Below, piece after piece: positions 36,923-49,666 of a stretch of 64,000 bases of DNA. How positions within the stretch are numbered: position 1 is the stretch's first letter; the number at the start of each line of letters is the position of its first letter. The notes beneath the pieces are model-generated. The model was not told where the DNA came from. It saw nothing but the letters and a program-made list of their open reading frames with translations, and searched no databases. A program made the translations under genes and the position numbers. The DNA comes from Leptogorgia sarmentosa (lineage: Eukaryota). The stretch is taken from assembly GCA_964658305.1 (NCBI GenBank), contig OZ210884.1, positions 3,596,001 through 3,660,000 of the forward strand, in the 5' to 3' direction.

Positions 36923-39807
36923 TTAACCTTTAAAATGAAAAATATGTCCTTAATATTTAATTATATATTAGGTATTAATTATATTGAAATATCGTATACT
37001 CTATACTACAAACTATACACCCTAGCTTTGCAAGAAATATCGGATTTGATGTATATATTGTATCGTAATTTAGGTAGTGAGTGTAACAGTTTAATGTTGT
37101 CGTAGTGTGATATCATACTGTTTACCTTTTACCCAATTATTATATTCTATGTCAATTTTACAAAACGCCCAACCCACATAAAGGTCTGAGGGTATCGCAC
37201 TTTACAAAATGTTTCCAAAATTTTGTACATTAATCTCAGTATTTGGCAGAAAAACTGCGATCGAAGGTCAAGCGCATGTGTGAGTATACGCATTGCCGGG
37301 AAAATCTTATTCGAAACAAGAACAAATTAAATGGCGAAAAAAGTCCCTAATACAATTGAAAAAAGCTGAAGTATCAAAAAAGAAACTAAAAGAGAATTCA
37401 TTTTACCGCTTTTTTCTCGTATCAAGGTGACTAAATTCGTACTTAACTTTCTACATTCATTATTTTCCTGTCAGTTTCACTGAAAAGGCGCTCATGTAAT
37501 GTATCTTATACTTTTTTTTTGCCTTACCAACCGACGACCTTACCAACCACGACGATTAGAGTGAAGTTCAGTAAATTCGACGCATGTGCAGACATTTCCC
37601 GCGTTGTTCAAACAACCACAATTTATTAATTTTCATAAAATAAATATAGCTTATTGAATGGTTTGACATGCAATACGGCGTGGTATTTTACGAGTTTCGT
37701 AAAATTATTTATACTTCGTAAAATTATATACGAAATTATACGACACACAACTGTATTTCTGATAATTAGCATTTATTAGATTAAATGTTAGATTAAACAG
37801 TTCGCGTCGGCCATTTTGGCTTTTATTGCTTTGTTTAATTCCGGTTTCGAAACCGGTTTCGAAACCGGTTTCAAACCAGTATATTAGAGTGCAATACGGC
37901 TAGTGCAATACGGCTGGGTATCTGCACTCTGTTTTGCCCTTATATGGTAAAATGACGTCATTGTCGAATAATAATACAACATACTCACATCCTTTCTCTT
38001 TATATTGACAAATGAATCCCTTTCTATGGTCGCATTTAATGTCATTTAGTTGTCCTCTTCTTCCCTGGTCTAACAACATTTCGACACATTTTTCATTTCC
38101 TCCCCAGTTATCTGGCTGGTTATGAGCCCAGCGTACCGCACCCAATGCTTTACGACAAACGTCATAAAATCCAGAACTCCAGAAGTATCTGGAAAAGCAG
38201 GAAAAAAATATTCCGCTGCAGTTATCCATTTTAAATCCCTTTCAAGTTAAACCCAAAAAGTTCAAAAAATTGAATTATCAGCTATGTGTGAAATTGTCAT
38301 ATCTAACAGTTGATGTCGTAACGTGTGACGTTTTCATTCCTGTTCGACGTGATAACGAGGGTGAAAATTCTATGAACAATTCTTCGTCACCTGAATGAGC
38401 GCACCAAGAAAGTGGAGTTATCACTCTGGAATCGCCGTTTCCGGCAATCTAGAGGTTCTAAATGTTCAGAATACTTTCGCTGGCACCTGATGAGATTTAC
38501 CACCCCTTAATTTGGCAAAAAGCTCTCTACACCCCCCCCCCCCTGAAAATGCAGCCCGTACACCAATGGCTATAATTTTGTATAGGGAATGAATCTTCTT
38601 TTACTATTTGCGTTTTACCGAATTAATCAATGGCATGGGTGCAGGTTAGACACCATATATATATAATTCAGTGGTAGTGCTATTGCTACGTATTTCTTGT
38701 TTGGTTCATGAATGGTAACCTTTTGAACGTCACCGAACAGAAATTTATATTCTGGAGTGTAGCTTTCTACTACTGTGAGATGTGACACTGTCGGTCTACA
38801 CCGAAAAAATACTGTTTACTGTCTGAGAAAATGCCACGATTGTAGATCGATATTAGTTTTTTCCGACTCGGTCATATCGATTTGCACAACCGAATTCAGT
38901 TAAAATCCGTCCTCAAAATGCAGTAGTACACGTTTCTTACGGCCTTATTTTCACATTTCCCGATGGGTGCATTTTCCCTGCCTCTCTTTAATGTACGCCC
39001 CTCGGGCGGTCGATCAGCCCGCTGGGCCTGCAAACATCTAGAATAGTATACTTATATTGACATTACATGCAGTAGATTAAGTTATTAGTTTTTAGAGGTG
39101 ACTATAAATTTTTTTGGCTTCCTATCTTTTTGACATTTACCCAGAACAACCAAAGATTTTTTAATGACCTTCAAGGGTATTTTTACTTCTTTAGCTTTCT
39201 TTGTGACAATAAGATGTCCTATTTCCACAGTGGAGTGTTGATTGACTTACCCTCGTCTCACGCCAATCCAAGGAGCAGCCAACCCAGCGCTACTTGCTTC
39301 ATTACTCAAATAAACACTATCAGTATAACTTGTGGGTATGGCCAAGACTCCTCCTTTAGACACACAAGTTAGTCGAGCTGCGTCCCAAGGTTCTTTTTTC
39401 TTCACAAACATATAACAACCATCCAAAATCTTTGACCAACCACAAGGGCACACGTGACCTGTTCAAATTTGCAATGCTGTATTAATAGTTTTTGTCTATT
39501 TCAATCAACATTTACTTCACGATCAACCCGTATTATATTAACCCCGTATTGATATTAACCCGTTTTAAGACGATGTTTCTATGTGTTCATGGCGAAGGAC
39601 TATAAATCAAAATCGACTAATCAGAAAATTGTTCATTGCATGGCTGTCATAAAACTACTATTTATTGCATTCAATATATTGGACATTTCGCTGAAGATAC
39701 ATTTTATATGTTTTGGTAAAACATATGGAATAAAACTTACTAGGGAGGTAACTACTCTCGACGTTGCTTGCGCAAACAGCAAGAACAAGGAGCATTTTGA
39801 ACATCAT
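36923..39807 (-). CDS. Secreted single-domain C-type lectin (QPD motif), ~159 aa, spliced
   Basis: Exons 39807-39741 (signal peptide MMFKMLLVLAVCASNVES), 39458-39251 (CPCGW...GCY...WDAARLTC...GGVLA...WIG), 38188-37989 (W..NQPDNWGGNEKCVEM...LNDIKC...FICQ), all phase-compatible. The terminal micro-exon 36927-36923 (C*) is tentative. Confidence 0.9.
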
Positions 39808-39850
39808 TTTCGGCCCGTCTTCAGTTTTCTTCTCCTCGATCGTCTTTTCG

Positions 39851-39889
39851 ATTACTGAATGAGTTTGGCAAAATTGCTCGGTATTTATA
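39851..39889 (-). promoter_or_regulatory. TATA box and initiator of the C-type lectin gene
   Basis: TATAAATA on the minus strand at 39889-39882, with TCATTC/TCAGT about 30 nt downstream and ~50 nt before the ATG. Confidence 0.6.
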
Positions 39890-40202
39890 GGCACGAGCTG
39901 TGCTTCCTCGCAATATATGAAAGACCTGGACACAGATTTTCATGACGTGAAACGTGATCCACATGCCTGACAGTAAGCCATGATTGACAATTCTTGATTA
40001 GTACTATAATCACACGTGAATCGCAATACGTGGGAGGACACCTCCTCTGTGTTTCACTATTTGATGAGACTTTAATTCAGGGTGAAATTAATTCATTTTC
40101 TACTTTTGTTTTAATTTAGTATCGAGTATGGCGTGTGTGTAGCTACGCAAATATACAAAAAAGAAATAAAAGACCGCCTGCCGGGTGAAGATCGCATCGC
40201 TT

Positions 40203-40875
40203 AGACACCGTCCATACTAGTGTATTTGCATTTGAAAACACATAGATTTCGATGCGTTTAGTCCTTCACACCACACTAATACGCTCGAATACGCTCAGCG
40301 TATTCACTGAAAACGAATCGATTTGAAAATGCTGTTGAAATACGTATCGTATAGTGTGGACACTCAATAACGGATACTTTTGCCAACGGTGATGTATCTC
40401 GCATCGATTGCCAATTCTTTACTATAGAATGTAAGTCAGCTTGTTGCGGAAAAATTACAACCAAACATGGCGAGTGAGCCTGATATGAAATTTCTTATGT
40501 TTCTGGCAAACATATAATTCTTTGTTTGCAGTTGAATCGTTTTTTATACGACATCATGATGACTTAATCATAGCTACCGAAAACAAATAGCTGTATAGCT
40601 GTTCTAAGATAGCCTATTTTATCTGGGCCATCCGCGGTCCAATCCGAGTAAGAAATCGATCGTCTGTAGACCAAGAACTAGATGCTAACACAAACGCCGA
40701 ACATACGAAAATTGCTAATTTACGTCACATACCGATCGGATCAGCGTTTTCAAGCGTTTTAGTGTGGACAGTCGAATATGCTACGAAAACCGTAGTGTGG
40801 ACGCGAATCGATCGATGCGTTTTCGGTCTGACGAAAACGCATACATTTAAAAACGCACTAGTGTGGACAGGGCCT
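40203..40875. mobile_element. MITE, PIF/Harbinger-like (GGCCCTGTCCACACT family)
   Basis: Degenerate long TIRs (ccgtccatactagtg / cactagtgtggacagggcct) with internal GTGTGGAC repeats. Confidence 0.7.
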
Positions 40876-43667
40876 GCCATGCTTGGCAGCTCAGCCAAGA
40901 TTAGATTGAGATTTAATTTTGTCTGTCTATACTAAATTAGTGTGCAATTATATACAAAGAATGATATATATATCTGATATCTCATTTCTGGTTGGTTACA
41001 AAGCAACGGCGTTTTTTTTTTCAGGCTGCGGCAGGTAAACCGATTGATAAAGCAAAACTTGCAAAAGTGCGGACAATCGTTGCCAAGGAAACCATGTCTT
41101 AATATATATAAATCAACAGCGGCCTACGTGTCGGAATGTTTCTGCGTAATCTATACGTATATCCTGCAATATTTGTTCTGTGCAAATATTTCCATGAGAT
41201 TTATCTGGTACATTGTTTTGGCAGATGTGTTCCCATTCATCCGTCTGGTTTACACACCCACGAATGCGACAGGATCTTTTTTGGTCAACATTATTGTTTT
41301 TTAAAAATGCAAAACTAACTGCGTGGATATCAATAAACTAAAAAATGCGGAATAGCTGTGTGGAAACCAATATAAAGTATACAATACTAACAATACTAAT
41401 GACGCGTGTTCGCATATTCGTTTCGTTCCGTAGCAACACTGCGCATTTGCCATCCACTTGTCCGGCAATGCACAGTACTACATTAAGGTGCCGATACTAG
41501 AAATTCATAGCTACATGCAGCCATCCCTCGCTCGTCTTACTAACGTACCAAGACTACATTCAACTCAATGCACTTATATTCTAACAACATGAAGTACCCA
41601 GTCATTGTCGTCATATAATAACAACAACACGGCAATTCATATTTTCCTTATATTTTTTTAAAAATGAAAAATTATGGAAAAATTATGAGTTTTTAACCTG
41701 GTTTTTATAGAATGTTTTTTAATTCGCATAATATATGTCGCACTAATGTCATTAAACCTAAAGTTGATGTAAGACGTTTTGACTGTTTTAACTTTTAGGA
41801 AATTATACTTTATTTCCTACAAATTTCGTCTTTGAAATAAAACTATTTTAAGCCAATATTCGCTCGTATTCTTTTCAACTAAAATTCGTTAGTATCTTAA
41901 AATACTAAAAAGGCCGTCTTACATTTACACAACGTAAAATTTCTTAATTTAAACTATAAACAGATTGAATGCGACTAAGCCAGCCATTCCATAGGGTAGC
42001 CCAACAATTAGTAGTATTATTTCATTTCTGTTCAATAAAATCATACTACTACTCAGCCCCCGACTGCATTGTTTACGCGCGGTCAGATCATGTATGTATC
42101 TCTATACTTGTGTTACCCAGGTGCATAATATTGTGTAAACATTAAAGATAAGTCTCGCAGGTAAACTAAACATTACGCACGAAGAGGAGCTGATAAGCGA
42201 CATTCTTGCTTCAAAATCCAGATAAAGTAAATAATAAATTTTCGAACCTACGCAGAATGTCAACTACGGTTCCAATTAGGCGGATAGAGAAGATAAGCAA
42301 TCTTGGATACTGTCAAAGTTGACCGAAATGTGAGGAAAAAAGCCAGAGGTGTTTGAACAGGCTGTGTACATTGCGAAAATAGAAACCTTGTACTTACGCG
42401 TGCGTATGCTTTGGGTTGCCATCAATCACGCCGCAAGATAATTCGCGCGGTTGAGTAATTACAATAATACGTCATCAAAATCTCAGTTCGTTAAATTCCC
42501 TTCTAAATTAAGTTAACTTATAAAGCTAAGCCTAGATGTTGCACCTCGACTATTTTGCTATTAGTAAGTAATAAAGTAGGTTAGTCTTAACCTATCTAAG
42601 TATCGATAGAATGAGCGTAAAACTGACTTGAGAAGTGCGACAACACCTCAAACAAACAGAACTGGAGAGCTGGAACGAGGGTTCATAGTACAGCACATGA
42701 ACGCTGATTGGTGGATTCAGTATCGTGCCACCTCGCTGTTCACGTGTCCAAAGATCCCCTCGACCGTCAGTATAAAAGGAACTCCCCATCCCAACTTGAG
42801 TCAGTGGACGTAGACCGAAGTAAAGCGTAGCAAATGAAAAGGCTACCGAAATTCAAACAGACAAACTCAACGAGAAACCGACCAAACAACGCTAAGAAGA
42901 AGAAGACGGAAGATCTTGACGAACAGTAGAAATACTATAGACAAAGTGTAACGATTCCCTCCTCGTGCAAATAAAAACATATTTAACACTTGAATCATAT
43001 ATATATGTATCCTATATACGCACGTAGCCCTGGAGAAATAGCACAAAAACTTTACAAATACACAATAAAACACAAACTAAACAACATAAAAGTGAGCTCA
43101 GATACTTCCACTAAACTGCCAGTCAATTTTTTGTCGAAAACAACATCGAAAATAACGAAAAACAAGCACAGTTTTTTATCAATTTTGTCGAGTTTTCGCT
43201 GTGACTATGATGTGGGATGCAAGTTGCCTGATACTGGTATTTTGTTTTAAAATGACGACTACGAGATTTCATTGGCTTTGAACATTTACCTATACACCTT
43301 GACCCAAAATGGCCGCGAAATGACTTTCAACTCTGCTATGCTCGGGGATAACTATTAGGGAGACAATAAAATTACTATTAGGCGAGTAAAAAATTGCCCT
43401 TACCCATCAATGTTCAAATGAGAAAGTCTTCGTGTGTACATTTGCAAATGGTCAACACGCTTAAAAGGAATAGTCCTTGTAATTATTTAATCTACGCAAT
43501 TCAGCTTTTTAGGCCGGCAAGTAGCCTAGTTTTTAATCAACATTAAAAAGAGAACCGTGCCTAATCTTAACCCTAACTGACAATATACAATTCTTAACGT
43601 TGCGGAGTATATATCATAATATATAGCAGTGTCGCTTCAAGCTTTTGAAATATCACAATTTAGACTA

Positions 43668-43860
43668 CAGTAAAATCCCACCATCTCGTTCTCTCAAGGG
43701 CAACGAAAATTTGTTCGAGATAGCGGGAGTTCGACATAGCGAGGGTTGTTGATATGAATGTACTATTAGTTTGAAATTCAGTTCGAGATAACGAGATTCA
43801 GTTCGAGATAACGAGACTATTAGTTTGAAATTCAGTTCGAGATAACGAGATTCACTTTTT
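43668..43860. mobile_element. Terminal fragment of a Tc1/pogo-like MITE
   Basis: TA|CAGTAAAATCCC start followed by GTTCGAGATA(G/A)CG repeats. The other end was not found. Confidence 0.4.
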
Positions 43861-44566
43861 TAATTGAGCATAGCAAAAAAGATGGCAGCATGTAGCTACA
43901 TTTTTACCAGTCAGATAATGCATCGCAGGTATTCTTGCATAATTTGTACGATTAATGAGTAAAGTAAAAAGTGTCTTGGTCGTCTCGATAGGTCAATAAA
44001 TTTGCGGGTTTTGTCTGTACGATCGCGTTGTGTTAACCATGATGATAGCAGATAATTTTAACGCATTAGGTCCGCTATGAAGTATTCACACCAACACATT
44101 GAGTTTACAATATTTATAAGTAAGTATAAAAAGGAGTGACAAATATGTTTGAGCCAAAGTTTATAGTCTTGTAGGACCTACATGGAATTAGAAATTAGTG
44201 TATATATAAAGCATGCGGTTGTGTCTCGTATGATCAACTAATATGAGTTCCAAATCTGAGTAGTACAATGTGCTAATTTGGTTCCTGTATAGTGATCAGG
44301 TCTATAGTGCTAAGCGTTAATACGATTATCGACAAAAAGAAAAAAACATTCGTCAAATCAGGTTTACATTCTTTCGTTAATTTTGGTGGTCTTAAAAGAA
44401 CCGCTTTCATTTTCTGCTTTTATTCCAAAAAAATGAAAACACCCAAGTCGTATAGATCGTACTTTTCGTCAAACTGTTGAATATTGCGCCAAGTGCTTAT
44501 ACATATCCATGTATTTTCTCTACGACGTTCATTAACCGGAAAAAACGTCATCTTTAACGTTGCGGG

Positions 44567-44837
44567 TAGACTTGCTCCAAGTCTGTCTCTTTGTGGGGTT
44601 TTCGGGGGTTATATAGGCATTAGCGCGCGAGAAAATGCGGGCGGGGAATGAAAAATGTAGGCGGAAGGAAAATGCGGGCGGAAAAAATAGGAAGCGGATT
44701 TTCCTATTTTTTCCCGCCCGCCAGCCCCATTTTCCTTCCGCCTTAATTTTCCCCCGCCCGCATGGTCTCGCGCTCTAATCCCTATATGACCCCGAAAAAA
44801 ACCCACATAAGAGACAGACTAAGTTGAAGCAAGTCTA
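44567..44837. mobile_element. Palindromic MITE with TAG...CTA termini and 9-bp TSD
   Basis: TIR TAGACTTGCT/AGCAAGTCTA with extended internal symmetry. TSD CGTTGCGGG at 44558-66 and 44838-46. Confidence 0.9.
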
Positions 44838-47800
44838 CGTTGCGGGTTATTTCATGCTTTTTGCATTGAGATATGACAAATAAGAACAATCCACATTTAA
44901 ACAAACATTTTTAGCGTTTTTTCGTCGGTTTCTATGCCATGGAACTACGCGCATTGTCTTCAGTCATCTTTGTTATCTTATGTTGTCGCAGAAAACAAAT
45001 TTCAATTAATTTAGAAAGCTTCGAAATCCTTCTTCGTCATTGTTGAATTGGTAAAATTACATTCAAACTTCACTAGCTAACAGGTAAGCTAGCTTCTTTT
45101 TAACTCCTCTACTGCAAAAGGTTCGCGTCCTTCCGCTCATTAGGCAATTAATGCCTTCACATTAGGACATGCGGCACAACATCAATTGACTTCAAAAAGT
45201 AGCGTTTTTGATTGCGACCCACCGTATCAAAAATCACAGATCAAGAGTTTTCGACAATGTATGCTTGCGTTCTGCTGTATAAAATTGAAAGAAACACATA
45301 TGAACTTGTTCTAAAACGCGAACTTATTCTATACGGTGGGATCTCCCTTCCTCTTAATGTGTTTACCAGCGGAAGTGGGCGGTACTGGCTCTATGTTGAA
45401 AACAAAACGATGCAAACAAAACCAGGCGTCTTCAGAATTCATTTGTCGCTTTGCCGTTTTTAATTGCCTACCACGCAGCTTAATGAGGTGGTGGGCATGC
45501 ATGGCGTCATTGCGTTCCTGTTACCTGATTGGCTTGCTAGGGTCACATGCTTCTCGTTGAGCAGCATAATTTGACACACGTGTACGGCCTCGGCAGAATA
45601 GCAGAACACACGAAGCGACGAGGTTCATTTGCCAATCTGTCTTGTGAGAAACCACTTCAACATATCTTCGCCATTATATACACGAATAAGGATACGAAAT
45701 GATACTCGTTTTCAAACCTAACGATGTATACGTGCCATAACGGCCAAATATTGGATAGCGAACTCGTGAAATTTGATGCCTAATCTGACTCTGGTGGAAA
45801 ATGGATGCTCAACAGCGATAATCTTTGATCAGTTACGGGGGACAATCGTTGCGTTGAATACAAAATTTACAAGGTAAGATAATATCTTATTATATATTAT
45901 ATTGTTTTTAACGTGCTTAGTTTTGTGTTGTATTCGCTTCTAAAAATGCCCAGTAGGAGCCATGCATATAAATTCGCTTGGGACACATTCGAATTATTTT
46001 GTAGCGCTATTGGTCGCTGTAGCGTCAGGGTTCAATTATTACTTCAGAGCTTGAGCGATGCATGAGTAAGAAAATGTTAATAAATTAACTATTGACTACA
46101 TTGATCCAGTCCAGATCTTCCTCGATCTACCCTTCAATACCTGATATTTTTAAGCTAGATAAGGGAATCTCTCTTTCAAGTTTATTGTTCTGTTCATTTT
46201 CGAAATGTAGCGCTCTCTATAAAGTACGTATTTATTTACTCATGGTAAATTGGCTGTAGCATGGTATTGGATATTAGCAGGCAATGGGAATTTTGAGTGA
46301 AATCCTCTGGGGGTAGATTAACAGTGTCAGTATCCATGAAATCTATTATCAACAAACATCAAAATAGAACATGCCCACGCTAAATCCAAATTTTACCATG
46401 CCCACGTCTGGGATGACACAATTCCCTGCATGGTTATGGAATACCCCGTTGTTAAGTACTAGTGCATAGTAAAAAGGTGTTAGTTTCAACAAAAGTGTAA
46501 GAGTTTGTGATTTTTTTCATATAAAAATACGAAGTCCAAGTCGGCGGGATATTCTTTCAGAGTCAGCCTGGTCACTTGAGTTTTATGACTTGGCTACTCA
46601 ATCTCGTAACATCGCTACGCAACCTAATAAATATAGTCGATAATATGCTTGAAGTTGTTATTGAGGAGAAAGCTTGTTTGATAGCAGCTAAAGCATGATA
46701 CTATTCACTTTACTTAGTACTAATATGATAACCTATGACAGGCGCTATAAAATGCGTTGTTTACGAAGGACTTCAGACATCTCGAAATCAGAGACAAATC
46801 ACCATGACTACGCACGCGGAACCAAACTTTCAAAGTGGACTGCGTGGACATCGCTCTTTTAATCTATTTTAATTAAACAGTTTTGTTACGGATAACAATT
46901 GCAACAAACAAAGGGTTCACTTCTCTATACATATTCGATGCAATAATATTTTTTTGAGCAAAGAGCAATGGCTTATCGTTAAAAATTAGTATGAATTAAA
47001 TTTATAAACTTAATTGTGAAATCTTCCCACGCCTGAACAATATTGATGAAAACAATATTGATTCCATCAGCGTCGAGTCATAGAAAACAACACTATACCT
47101 TTTGTCCCGAACGCCTTCATCAAGGGTTTTCATATCAATATTGGCACAGGATATTAGCAGAGTGTAAATTAGCTAGGTAGTGAGCGACTGTTTTCTATAC
47201 AAATATCTATGCAATCATACACGCAGTAATCGAGAATATAAAGCTACAAAATAAATATGCAATATGTATCTTTCATATTTCATTGAAAAATGTATTTCAT
47301 GTTAATTTGCAGGTGATGTCAATGGTCAAGCACTTAACCTGCGCCATTGAGGTATCCAAGAATCTTCATCCGCATATGTACAGGCTACCAGATGATATGA
47401 TGGCTGCAGACATTGCTTCCATGGTCTTAATGAGGTGAGGGAGCTACAGAAGTGACAAAATAGAGCAATTTCTTTCAATTTGTTTTCAGTAGAACTGTAG
47501 AAGATCGTGTGTCGGCTAAAATATTCCATTGTCGTTCTGTTTTTTCATTTGTCGTTCTGTATTTTCTTCAAGGTCCTATGAAATATTACTGAAGTATATA
47601 CGGACTGCAGTCAAATTAGATGAGAAAACAGTAGACTCGTTTCATCTGAAATATCAGCGATCGATATGATGTTGCTCTGTCATTTGGTACTGGCTTCTCA
47701 AGTCATTCCTCTGATGCAGCAATGTAAAATGGAATGGCTCTATTTGGAATATTGATTGTTTTACTAAATGTTTATTCAACTATAATGCTAACTTGATCCT

Positions 47801-49666
47801 GCCAGTTTGGCCAATTAAGGTTGGTTATTGGCTATAATATTAAAAATAATACTATATAGCAAATTCGCAATATCATAGATTTCGTAATGGAATACTAAAA
47901 CCGCATTAAAGTGAAAAAATAGTGTGAGGTTGATCAACGATTTGAAGATTTAATTTAATGATTTTTTTAGATCAAAACGTTTCAAACACACGTGCTGAAC
48001 TGTATATCAGACTCTCTACGGAACTCTACATCTCGAGGTGGAAATTAAAGCCATGTGTTAAAATACTGGAATTGAATCAAGGCTGGTGAAGGCTAGCTTG
48101 GTGGTGTTGAGGTATGCCGGGTTCAGAGACATCTTATTCATAGCGAACTGTGCCACGTGTATACTAAAAGTACTAAAGTTACCAGTTTTTACTGTCATAG
48201 CGAGAGAGAAATAACGCCTGATTTCAATGTTGGACTTATGATTGTAATTTTTGTTAATTGCTCAAAAATTAATTGAGAGTTTATAATTAATATGGTATAT
48301 TTTTGTTAAATTCCAGAAAAGCACTACAGTCCGTTCAAACCAGAGAATATACAACGCCATTCGGAGAAATCACGCAAAGTTAAAGAATGTAACACGAAGC
48401 TCATTTGAGGTACCAGATTTTTGCTTCTCTTTTGATAGTTCACATGGCAATGTTCAAAATAACGTGTCCGTTTATCAAATTATTCCTTTCTCGATTGCTT
48501 TCTTGCTTTGTCGTGTATTCTTCTGTATTATATGTTGTATCGTATATCGTAATGTGAACTTTGTCTTGTGTTTTTTATCAATAATTTTACCATTTAATCA
48601 CATTGCTAATTTCAACTCGGATATAAAAAATTCGCGCGGTTTTAGTTCAAATTGTTGCTTAAAGTTATCAGACTGTCCTAATTTCCTTTTTAAAATGTTC
48701 GAAATTCCAAGACGGAATTTTAAACAGTGCAATTAAAACATGTACTGTTTATTCATTTTTGTTTTATATATGAAAATATTTTTTGCAATACCAGTCGAAT
48801 CCTAATTTCCGTTGTACAAATTACATTTTAACGATTTCAGTTTATCCATTTACTCGGAAAAGCAGTCAAAATAAGCATTAGCAGGGATAATTTCTATAAT
48901 GTATCTGCAATGAAATATTTTCTATGCGCGGGAAAACGTTTGAATTACGATTAATAGCTAATTGTAATGCGATGCGGACCTGAAAGTATTATATATACAG
49001 AACATAGAACAAAGTATGAGCTAGTAATATTTTTATATTCATAATATTTGCAAGAGAACGAGCAAGGTGTACAACACCTCGGGCTATAATGTCACCGAGA
49101 ACTGCATGTATTTAAATCATCGTATCTACAGTATATATGTGTTATTTTAATGAGGGGGCGTACACAATATAGGTTGTTTTTCGCCAGAAAAATATGTATG
49201 TACACGTAATATTATTCCACGTGTTCATGATCATATGAGATTTTGACGAAAGTTTTCACAGCATTCACAAGGTATTGAAAATCAATGCAAAAATATTAAT
49301 TGAAATTGCACGTTTCATTTGAAAAGTAATAAAAATCACTATAATATGTTTTTACATGTTATACGTGTTTTAGTGAACAAAAGCATGTTAGGTAGCTAAT
49401 CGTTTAAGTTTTCGAAGGTTACATGCATGCTTGAATGAATTTCCCGTAGCTTTTACTTTGGTGAACTGAAGGTTTGTTCGTATATCGTTCGATGCTTCAT
49501 GTCGGATGGTTTGTTGAAATTTAGGATTTTGCATGCTTCGCTGATCAGCAGCCATAGTCTTTGCCAGTTTTAAGGATAAATTCAAACGGTTAATACATCG
49601 CTAAATAATTATTAAGTATTACATTATGTGAACAAGAAAAAATTTAAAGACTTGTTTAAATGTAAA

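Noticed and set aside
45600..48415. Scattered plus-strand splice-like sites (45873, 47312, 47970, 48316)
   Set aside because: No coherent reading frame or recognisable protein could be assembled. It could be a lncRNA or decayed element but this is unsupported.
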